Shown here piece after piece: positions 9,210-17,108 of a stretch of DNA of 64,000 nucleotides. The notes below the pieces were generated by a model. The model saw only the letters and a list, made by a program, of their open reading frames with translations, was not told where the DNA came from and did no database searches. The DNA is from Bdellovibrionales bacterium (GTDB lineage Bacteria; Bdellovibrionota; Bdellovibrionia; Bdellovibrionales; UBA1609): positions 487,574 through 551,573 of the forward strand of contig CBDBBW010000007.1 of the NCBI GenBank assembly GCA_965203225.1, given 5' to 3'. The position numbers were made by a program, and so were the translations under genes. The first letter of the stretch is position 1, and every line of letters begins with the position of its first letter.

Positions 9210-9784
9210 TGGAAACTTGGTATAAGCTTGAAGAGTCTTTCCATTTCCATTTCCATATAAAAAATGAAGATAAATGTGTCTATGCTAGGGAATATAAATC
9301 TCGTTTAGGTTGGAAAATCAAAACAAATAGCCTTGTTCTAAATTTTAAAAAATCTCCTCTTACAAAAGACACTCCTGAATGGCAATATCGCAAAAAATCC
9401 ATTCAAATCTTTTCAAAAGAAATTGAAAAATTATTCAAGCCAAATTCAAATGCAACTATAACAGCAATTCCAAGTTCTAAACCAAAAATACACTCTGAAT
9501 ATGATAACCGATTTGAAGACTTATTTAAGGTGCTTTTAAAAACTCGTCCTCGTTTGAATATTGAGTGGCCTGTTGAAATTCGAAACCTTATACTCCCTGC
9601 TCATCAAGGGGGTTCTAGAAATCCAAAAGATATAAAGAAAAACTACAGATGGAAAGGGTTTAAAAACACTCCTAAGGAAATAGGTATTGTAGATGATGTT
9701 TTAACAACAGGAGCACATTTTCGTGCTATGTCTGATTTTCTTAAAGAAAATAGATATAAAGGACAAATAGTTGGAATTTTTTAG
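9209..9784 (+). CDS. ComF-like phosphoribosyltransferase-domain protein
   Basis: PRPP-binding loop IGIVDDVLTTGAHF near the C-terminus, a ComF-like layout (AIPSSKP..., ...R.....KNYRWKGF before the loop), and no N-terminal Cys Zn-finger. The start ATG shares one base with the upstream TAA (TAATG). Confidence 0.7.
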   Translation: METWYKLEESFHFHFHIKNEDKCVYAREYKSRLGWKIKTNSLVLNFKKSPLTKDTPEWQYRKKSIQIFSKEIEKLFKPNSNATITAIPSSKPKIHSEYDNRFEDLFKVLLKTRPRLNIEWPVEIRNLILPAHQGGSRNPKDIKKNYRWKGFKNTPKEIGIVDDVLTTGAHFRAMSDFLKENRYKGQIVGIF

Positions 9785-9954
9785 TCAAGAGCTGTGTGTT
9801 TAAAATAGTTGCTATTTTTAGATAAATTTTGACTAAATTGCACTTTACAAATATGAAAATTGACCTGCTAATAATATCAGTGGCTGGTGTCAATCGTTCC
9901 TTTCAGTGATTGTCCCTTTTTTGGGTTAGCCGCTCCTTTTTTTATTTCCCTTAA

Positions 9955-10681
9955 TTATGAATATCTCTTTATTGAAAAATCAGTATTTTCTTTTATATTC
10001 TTCCGTATAGTATGTAATTTTTTATCATGTCATTTCTCTGGCTGATAATTGTTTTCATGACGATTAGCCATATAAATAAGCATATCTGCAATCTGTAAAA
10101 ATCGGCTGTGATGAGAATGTGTAAAATATATTGTATCTTTTAACCGGCCAAGAGCCTGTCCTTAATACATTGGTGTTGAACCAGACTGTTTAAATTGTGA
10201 AAAATCTAAAACTGACCTTGTAATTTCATTTTCCTCATAGCCACCAGAAACAACTCCAATATCATCAACTTCATCAAGATAAAAGCAAAACTATTTTAAA
10301 ATAAGCACTAAGCCAAGACAATATTCAGGTTCGGGATATTTGTATTTTTTTTGATATTTTTTCACATCCACACAAACAATAGGAATAGGAATAGGAATAG
10401 GAATAGGAATTTTATTGTGAACTAAAACATTTCCAATATTTTCAAAAAGCTTAATTTATCCTGTAATTTTCTTTTACGATATACTCCTTTTCCATTGAAA
10501 ATAAATTGACCATGAAGTTCAGATATTATTGTCTAATCTGTTTGTTGAAAAAAAGTTATATTGTATCTACATTAAAATATTTTCAAGAGAAGTGATATTC
10601 TCTTCTGGCAATAAAACCCCTCCGATAAAAAAGAAAGGATTATCTTCTGAAGAATTTTTTATCAAAATATATAAGTCTCAT
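9955..10681 (-). pseudogene. DUF3800-family gene, multiply disrupted
   Basis: Manual translation: ATG 10681 MRLIYFD, then a frameshift into ..NSSEDNPFFFIGGVLLPEENITSLENIL, then stops, then ...YFTHSHHSRFLQIADMLIYMANRH (the DUF3800 C-terminal motif F.dS..s..iQiADl). Several in-frame stops and frameshifts. Confidence 0.5.
10381..10410. repeat. Hexanucleotide microsatellite (aggaat)x5
   Basis: Perfect 5 copies. It lies inside the DUF3800 pseudogene and reads IPIPIPIPIP on the minus strand. Confidence 0.95.
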
Positions 10682-10766
10682 CACTACTCTCTTGTTAGAA
10701 AGTTTTATTTCTTCTTTCTGTATCTCTTTCTTATTATAAAAACTAAACTTCAAAAGAAGATACTTT

Positions 10767-10958
10767 ATCTTATAAAATAATTGGCTTAGTGATATTCATT
10801 ACAAATTTTTTTGTGTGATTTTTGTATGATTGGGTAGGCTATAGAGGAGGACATAAGCGGTCATCAACAGGATAAAAAGCGTTGGTTTTATTGGGCTTTG
10901 AGGTTATTTTAAAGCTTTAAAACCACTTCCTACTTTCCCGTCCCATCCTGCCATTGCC
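10767..10958. repeat. ~190-bp repeat family, copy A (downstream of patatin, upstream of the DUF3800 pseudogene in minus sense)
   Basis: About 85% identical by eye to 12329-12526, running from tatcttataaaataattggc to cccgtcc(c)atcc(t/c)gc. In minus sense its gene-proximal end carries TTGTAA-17nt-ATTATTTTATAAG (promoter-like). Confidence 0.85.
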
Positions 10959-11150
10959 TTCTAATCTTTATAAAAATTGAAACTTTTTGGAGTGAAATAT
11001 ATTTTTGTTTGATTTTTTTGAAGCTGGGATTAAAATAACTTCACTTAGCTGTATCAAATATGTTGAGGTATTTGAATACTGAACATATAAAAAACCCAGG
11101 ATTTTCTTAAAAAATTCAGTATCCAGCTTAGTTGCCTTTTTTTCTGAATT

Positions 11151-12218
11151 TTAATAGAATGGTTTATAGGGTGTAGTAGGTTCTATTAAAAAGTTATCTT
11201 TAACTTTACTACTAAAATCTGAAAATGCTTTCTCAGCGGCTATTGGTAAAATTGTTACACTCTTTTTCCAATCGTCTAAATCTATACCTTTTTTTGGCAT
11301 CATGCTTTCTGGTACATCAATTCTGACAATATTATTTCTTCCTATCAATAAACCGGCTTGTCCTATAGCATTTTGTGATTGAAGATGCATAACTCCTTTC
11401 ATGATATTTCTCCAATGCCATAGTCCTCCTGTCATCATTTTATTTTTTACAGTATAAGGTCTTTCACCACAACCTATACTCAAAATTCTAATATTCTCCC
11501 TTTGAACATTAAAAGAAGATAGAGCTTCAACCACACCAATCATACACGGATTATTTGCCCATACTCCACCATCAACAAATATATAACCTTTATCTTTAAA
11601 TGATTTAAGAAAAGCAGGTGCAGCAGATGTGGAAAGCGCCACTTTTGTCATCAGTTCTTCACCATCTTTTTTAAAGTCAAGGTGATGAGGAGTTTTAAAC
11701 ACATATACTTCACTATGTACTCCTTCAAAAGACGGGATACATAAACGTACTTTACTTTCTTTTAACTTATTATCTTTAAACACTTTTTGTAATATAGTTT
11801 TCAGTTTATTTCTATTGTAAGGAACATACGCATACTGCTGTATTTTTTTTAACCATCTATATTTATAGGGAAAAATGTCATTGCCTTTTTCAATATATAG
11901 TTTTGAAAACTCGGAGGCTTTTATACCAGCTCCAAGCCCAAGTGCAATAATACCTCCTGTAGAAGTTCCACAAACCAAATCAAAATAATCAGTAATACTA
12001 TTTCCTCTTAAATAAGAGGATTCTATTTTTTCAAGAAAGCAAGCTGGAAAAATACCTTTTATACCGCCGCCATCTATAGAGAGAATTCGAAATTCTTTGT
12101 TATTAGGCCAAATATTGGGAACTCTTCTTTTGTTTAAAATTCCCTTAGAGCGTCTTTCTGGTTTATATTTTGATTCGCTTTCTTTGTGTTGATTTCGATT
12201 TTTGCTTTTTGTTTGGAT
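11151..12218 (-). CDS. Patatin-like phospholipase (start codon uncertain)
   Basis: Track ORF starts at an internal Met (11978) in the middle of the nucleophile elbow GTSTGG. The same frame stays open upstream to about 12270 and encodes FRILSIDGGGIKGIFP (oxyanion G-G-G-x-K/R-G). Asp dyad motif: FVDGGVWANNP. No ATG/GTG/TTG follows the strong SD GGGAGGAGGGG (12231-12241); the nearest in-frame candidate is ATC at 12218. Confidence 0.75.
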   Translation of the reverse strand: MQTKSKNRNQHKESESKYKPERRSKGILNKRRVPNIWPNNKEFRILSIDGGGIKGIFPACFLEKIESSYLRGNSITDYFDLVCGTSTGGIIALGLGAGIKASEFSKLYIEKGNDIFPYKYRWLKKIQQYAYVPYNRNKLKTILQKVFKDNKLKESKVRLCIPSFEGVHSEVYVFKTPHHLDFKKDGEELMTKVALSTSAAPAFLKSFKDKGYIFVDGGVWANNPCMIGVVEALSSFNVQRENIRILSIGCGERPYTVKNKMMTGGLWHWRNIMKGVMHLQSQNAIGQAGLLIGRNNIVRIDVPESMMPKKGIDLDDWKKSVTILPIAAEKAFSDFSSKVKDNFLIEPTTPYKPFY

Positions 12219-12328
12219 GTTCCCCTCCTCCCTTCCAGTTAACAGTATAAAGCCAGTTCTCAGAAATTGTCAGGATAAATATTGATATATTATTTTATAA
12301 AAAAGAATTTCTTGAAAGAAAATAATTA

Positions 12329-12526
12329 TATCTTATAAAATAATTGGCAGAGTGATACTCATCACAAAATTTTTTTTGCGTGGTTTTTACATGATTGGTT
12401 AGGCTATAGAGGAATATAAGCGGTCATCAACAGGATGAAAAGCGTTGATTTTATTGAGTTTTGAAGTTATTTCAAGGCTTGGCTTTCAAACCACTTCTTA
12501 TTTTCCCGTCCATCCCGCACTTGCAT
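12329..12526. repeat. ~190-bp repeat family, copy B (upstream of patatin in minus sense)
   Basis: See copy A. The promoter-like TTGTGA-17nt-ATTATTTTATAAG is conserved. Confidence 0.85.
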
Positions 12527-12971
12527 TTTAATGTAGAGTGTTCATACGGTAATGATATAATTTATCTTTGAATAATATATATATTTATTTTTGGAGAAAA
12601 AATAGTTGAATAAAAAATATACAGACAAAAAAAAGAATTTTTCCGAAAGACTTTATCAATCAGTTTTTATTTGGAGATTCTGATCAGATTTTAAAATAAA
12701 TCCCTGATGAAAGCTTGGATTTAGCTATTACATGATTTCCTTAATAATATTAAAAATTCAACTTCTCTTAGATATAAAGTTTTTTATGGAAGGTCGCTGA
12801 TGAAAAGCCGGTAAGTTATATCTCTGAGTGGTATGCTGGGGCAATTGCTTCTTTTTTAGCCATGATATACTTCCCTTTAGTTTGTTGTTGGCTTGCTTGC
12901 TCTTTTGGATAAAAGAAAGAAAAACGACGGGAACATTTTGCAAGACAAAAATTGGGAAGACACCAAAGCGT

Positions 12972-13043
12972 CAGTGAATGGAGAAACTGGCTCGTCCATG
13001 AACAGTGAATGGAGAAACTGGCTCGTCCATGAACAGTGAACAG
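12972..13043. repeat. 31-bp tandem repeat, 2.3 copies
   Basis: cagtgaatggagaaactggctcgtccatgaa occurs at 12972 and 13003, with a partial third copy. It lies just downstream of the oxidoreductase gene. Confidence 0.85.
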
Positions 13044-13089
13044 TAAACAGACTTTACTTTTCACATAGCAGGTCATAAACAATCGTTAC

Positions 13090-14583
13090 TTACTTTCCTC
13101 TTCTCCAGGAGTGAAATTTGTTTAATAGCTTTAGTGATCTTTCCGGTATATGATGCTTTTTCCATTGTCCGGCTACATATTTATTTCCTTCATTTAGTGT
13201 CGGATAAATATGAATACTATTTAGAATCGCGGAAAGATTTAGATTATGAGTCATAGCTAATATAAATTCGGAAATCAGTTCACTGGCTCGGCTATGGACA
13301 ATACTTACTCCTAAAATTTTATCTTTTCCTGGTGGAGTTAAAACTTCAATATAACCCTGCTCTTCACTGTCTGTAATAGCACGATCCAGTTCTTTAAAAT
13401 TATAAACAGTGGATTCATAGGGAATATTTTTTTCTTTCGCTCGCATCTTGGAAAGCCCCGCGCTAGCCACCTCCGGGTCTGTAAAAAGCGCCCAAGGTAT
13501 TATATTATAATTTGCTTTAAAAAACTTTTTTTGAATCCATGGAGGCAAAAAACAATTATAAGGGTGAAACAAAGCGTTTATACAGGCATAGTAAGCTTGG
13601 TAGCCTGCTATGTGAGTAAATTGAAAAGGCCCTGTTACATCTCCACAGACAAAAATATTAGGATAGTTAGTGGCCATAAATAGATTTGCCTGAATAGTTT
13701 TTTGTTTTGTAACTTTCACATTGAGTTTTTCCAGGCCAAAATCTTTAATCCGCGCTTTTCGTCCGAAAGCAATTAGAACTTCATCAAATGGAATTTCTTT
13801 TTGAAGACCTTGTTGGTCTTTCACTGTTAAAATTTTTTCTCCTGAATTATTGATAGAAAATTTCTCTAGTTGATGAGAGGTTAAAATATTCATTTTTTCT
13901 TTATGAAATTGGCTGGTTAAAATGTCAGATACCTCTTTATCCAATAAGGAAACAATTCGAGGAGCTTTATCTAGTAAAGTGACTTGAGATCCTAATCTTT
14001 GAAAACACTGAGCTAGCTCACAGCCAATTGGTCCGGCGCCTAAAACCAACAATCTTTCAGGCTTTGTTTTAAGATTCCAAATATTATCAGATGTTAGATA
14101 AGAAATTTTATTTAGACCTGGAATAGGAAAAACCAGAGGTTGAGCGCCTGTAGCGACAACAATAGATCTTGTGTTGAAAGTTTTATCCCCTATGCGAACT
14201 GTATAAGGTGAAAGAATCTCTGCTGTGTCAGAAAAACAATGGACTCCTAATTTTTTATATCTCTCCACGGAATCGTGAGGTTCAATTTTTTTTATTTTGT
14301 TTTGAACCCTATCCATAATGTCCTGAAAAGTATAATCTACAGATAAGGACCTAAAACCCAACTCTTTAGCTTTACTTTGAAGGTATAAAATTTTAGCGGA
14401 GCGAATAAGAGATTTACTGGGGACACAACCGGTATTTAAACAATCCCCTCCCATTTTATGTTTTTCTACAAGAGCCACTTTCGCTTTAAGAGCACTGGCC
14501 AGATAAGAGCAAACCAGACCGGCGCTTCCAGCGCCAATAACAATTAAATTAAAATCATATTTTGCCGGCTTTTTAAATTTCAT
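13090..14583 (-). CDS. Class I pyridine nucleotide-disulfide oxidoreductase (dihydrolipoyl dehydrogenase / mercuric-reductase-like flavoprotein)
   Basis: FAD fold IVIGAGSAGLV, redox-active disulfide GGDCLNTGCVPSK, second dinucleotide fold LVLGAGPIGCE, and a C-terminal dimerisation domain with HIYPTLNE. Confidence 0.8.
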   Translation of the reverse strand: MKFKKPAKYDFNLIVIGAGSAGLVCSYLASALKAKVALVEKHKMGGDCLNTGCVPSKSLIRSAKILYLQSKAKELGFRSLSVDYTFQDIMDRVQNKIKKIEPHDSVERYKKLGVHCFSDTAEILSPYTVRIGDKTFNTRSIVVATGAQPLVFPIPGLNKISYLTSDNIWNLKTKPERLLVLGAGPIGCELAQCFQRLGSQVTLLDKAPRIVSLLDKEVSDILTSQFHKEKMNILTSHQLEKFSINNSGEKILTVKDQQGLQKEIPFDEVLIAFGRKARIKDFGLEKLNVKVTKQKTIQANLFMATNYPNIFVCGDVTGPFQFTHIAGYQAYYACINALFHPYNCFLPPWIQKKFFKANYNIIPWALFTDPEVASAGLSKMRAKEKNIPYESTVYNFKELDRAITDSEEQGYIEVLTPPGKDKILGVSIVHSRASELISEFILAMTHNLNLSAILNSIHIYPTLNEGNKYVAGQWKKHHIPERSLKLLNKFHSWRRGK

Positions 14584-14600
14584 TTTCTATTACCTGCTTT

Positions 14601-15296
14601 CTATTTGAGTTTGTTTTTTTTTAGAACGAAAAGTTTAAAAAACAGTTTCATAATCCAGGGTAGTCCTGCTAAAATGCAAAAAGACAAAATAATCGGAACA
14701 GATAAAATATCAGACATGGATTGAACAGAAGATAACTGCTTTCCGGCGTTGACATAAACAAAAGTTCCTGGAAGCATCCCTAAACAACTAACTATAATGA
14801 ATTGTTTTGTGGAGATAGTGGTTAATCCCATTAGTAAATTGATAAGAAAAAAAGGAAATATAGGGATAAGCCTCAATGAAAGCAGATACAAAAATCCATC
14901 TTTTTTGAATCCTTTATTGATAATTTTTAAACGGGAGTGAAATTTTTTTTGAACAAAATCTTTTAATAAAAATCTTGAAATCAAAAATGCTAAAGTAGCT
15001 CCTGTTGTACTACCTAAAGAGACCAAAACGCTCCCTATAAAAAAGTCAAATAGAAAGCCCGCAGAGAGTGTTAATACCGCCGCCCCAGGGATGCTCAAGG
15101 TAGTGCAAAGCACATAAACACAGAAAAAAATTAATATAAATAAAACCGGATGATTTTTATAAAGAGAATCCAATTCCTGTTTTTTATTGATAAAAAAATC
15201 AGGATTGAAATACCGGTTTAAATCAAGATAAAAAAGTAATATCCAGATGAGTAAAATGAAACATACAAAAAAGATTTTTGTTTTTAAGGTATTCAA
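14601..15296 (-). CDS. TVP38/TMEM64 (DedA-superfamily) membrane protein
   Basis: Polytopic 231-aa ORF with LSLRLIPIFPFFLINLLMGLT (R.iP..P...iN...G.t signature). Adjacency to the flavoprotein reductase is a common pairing or fusion. Confidence 0.7.
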   Translation of the reverse strand: MNTLKTKIFFVCFILLIWILLFYLDLNRYFNPDFFINKKQELDSLYKNHPVLFILIFFCVYVLCTTLSIPGAAVLTLSAGFLFDFFIGSVLVSLGSTTGATLAFLISRFLLKDFVQKKFHSRLKIINKGFKKDGFLYLLSLRLIPIFPFFLINLLMGLTTISTKQFIIVSCLGMLPGTFVYVNAGKQLSSVQSMSDILSVPIILSFCILAGLPWIMKLFFKLFVLKKNKLK

Positions 15297-15533
15297 TATA
15301 TATATCTGGTAAGTGCATTGGCCAACTGCCTATATTCTACCGAATTTTTCATCCTCAGTCCAGTTCACAAGAAAAAACTATCCAGGAAGTGCAGAAAGCT
15401 TATTCAAACTCTTACCAATTTCAGAAGAAATGGAGGGATGTGATGGAATGTTTAGAGTTGAATTTTATGGGAATTTTCTTATCTTACCGATTGCAGAGAA
15501 AACTGGAGGGATGTGATGGGCTGAATATTTCAC

Positions 15534-16028
15534 ATTGTATCGGTCCCGAAAAGTGGATAGAGTATTAGTTTTTGCATAAGGTGGAAAACTAGGTATTCCA
15601 TTGTATCGGTCTCGAAAAGTGGATAGAGTATTGGAGAGATGAGGCACTATGAAACCAGATGTTCCATTGTATCGATCTCGAAAAGTGGATAGAGTATTAG
15701 TTTTTGCATAAGGTGGAAAACTAGGTATTCCATTGTATCGGTCTCGAAAAGTGGATAGAGTATTGGAGAGATGAGGCACTATGAAACCAGATGTTTCATT
15801 GTATCGGTCTCGAAAAGTGGATAGAGTATTGGAGAGATGAGGCACTATGAAACCAGATGTTTCATTGTATCAGTCTCGAAAAGTGGATAGAGTATTAGCG
15901 CACAAATTGGGACAACTATAATACACTAAATTGGATCAGTCTCAAAAAGTGGATAGAGTATTAGTGCACAAATTGGGACAACTATAATACACTAAATTGG
16001 ATCAGTCTCGAAAAATGGACAGAGTATT
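15534..16028. repeat. CRISPR-like interspaced array: eight 33-nt repeats separated by 33-nt spacers (exact 66-bp register); no cas genes in window
   Basis: The repeat attgtatcggtctcgaaaagtggatagagtatt starts at 15534, 15600, 15666, 15732, 15798, 15864, 15930 and 15996; the last two are degenerate. The spacers fall into three mutually unrelated classes in the order A,B,A,B,B,C,C. Confidence 0.8.
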
Positions 16029-16131
16029 GTGTATCATTTTGAAAATATTTCTAATTAGGATTTATTTTGATAGGTTATTGAAAAAATCACCACAAAAAAA
16101 TCTAATTAATTCTAATATTTAGGAAAGTAAA

Positions 16132-16207
16132 TGGTGGAGCTGAGGGGGCTCGAACCCCTGACCTTAGCGCTGCCAGCGCTACGCTCTCCCAGCTGAGCTA
16201 CAGCCCC
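16132..16207 (-). tRNA. tRNA-Ala (anticodon GGC), CCA encoded
   Basis: The reverse complement GGGGCTGTAGCTCAGCTGGGAGAGCGTAGCGCTGGCAGCGCTAAGGTCAGGGGTTCGAGCCCCCTCAGCTCCACCA folds as a cloverleaf by hand. It has the G3:U70 Ala identity pair and the anticodon loop CTGGCAG. Confidence 0.9.
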
Positions 16208-16386
16208 AAAAAGAAAATCTATTACCAACTACATACAATATGTCAAACGCACTAGTAAAAGCAATTAGCATAACCTTTCTTTTCGGTCGATTCGAATGAC
16301 ATTAATATGTCAAATGCATATCAATCACATTCGTAAAAACAGATAGAGATAGCAACCACTGCCAAACACTATAAGCTTCACTTGTG

Positions 16387-16806
16387 TTATAAGAGATCCC
16401 CTCTGATGACCTCCACGAGGGCATTTAATGCGTCTATAGAAGTAAAAATACCTAATTCACCGTCAGGGTTTGTTACTAAAGCGCTTCCATACTTATTTTT
16501 TGACATATAAAAAGCTACTTCGGAAAGTTTTGTGTCTGAACTAACCGAGTAGGGATCTTTTTGCATAATGTCTTTTGCTAACAACTGGTCTTTATTTTCT
16601 GAGCGATATACGAAAAAAATATCCCGTTCACTTATAATACCAACCAGTTCATTATTTTCCTGAACAGGTATGTGTCTGATTTTCTCTATTTTCATCACTC
16701 TTTCCAATTCCATTAATTCAGTATCAGGGGATACCACCTTTGGACAAGGAGTGGTGAACTCTTCCACAGTCAAGTTTTTTATTTTTTCCCATTTTTTTTC
16801 ATTCAT
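16387..16806 (-). CDS. CBS-domain pair protein
   Basis: 139 aa with two CBS-like units (IRHIPVQENNELVGIISERDI and ...GSALVTNPDGELGIFTSIDAL). Confidence 0.7.
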   Translation of the reverse strand: MNEKKWEKIKNLTVEEFTTPCPKVVSPDTELMELERVMKIEKIRHIPVQENNELVGIISERDIFFVYRSENKDQLLAKDIMQKDPYSVSSDTKLSEVAFYMSKNKYGSALVTNPDGELGIFTSIDALNALVEVIRGDLL

Positions 16807-16842
16807 AAAGTCACCCTTTCATAGCAAAATGATTTGTCATCT

Positions 16843-17108
16843 TTAAGTTTTGCCGTTGCATTCATTGGAGTTTGTACAGATAATAAGTTCCTTTTCCTTT
16901 CAGAAGGCAATAGATTATCTTTAAGTTTTGCCGTTGCATTCATTGGAGTTTATACAGATAATAAGTTCCTTTTCCTTTCAGAAGGCAATAGATTATCTTT
17001 AAGTTTTGCCGTTGCATTCATTGGAGTTTATACAGATAATAAGTTCCTTTTCCTTTCAGAAGGCAATAGATTATCTTTAAGTTTTGCCGTTGCATTCATT
17101 GGAGTTTT
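16843..17108. repeat. 78-bp tandem repeat, 3.4 copies, seeded by the 3' end of the deacetylase gene
   Basis: ttaagttttgccgttgcattcattggagttt occurs at 16843, 16921, 16999 and 17077. The last copy is the real stop plus the last 10 codons (KNSNECNGKT) of the minus-strand gene. Confidence 0.95.

Noticed and set aside
10529-10780. 83-aa plus-strand ORF
   Set aside because: It is low-complexity and lies antisense to the N-terminal part of the DUF3800 pseudogene, whose start MRLIYFD is recognisable on the minus strand.
12758-13082. ORFs 12758-12943 and 12816-13082 (minus)
   Set aside because: They overlap each other and the 31-bp tandem repeat, have no motifs, and lie in the 3' flank of the oxidoreductase gene. 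They are likely non-coding.
15465-15845. 126-aa ORF (and 15278-15568, 15313-15516) over the 66-bp array
   Set aside because: The peptide is just the periodic translation of the repeat (TLSTFRDRYN...). There is no start context or independent coding signal.
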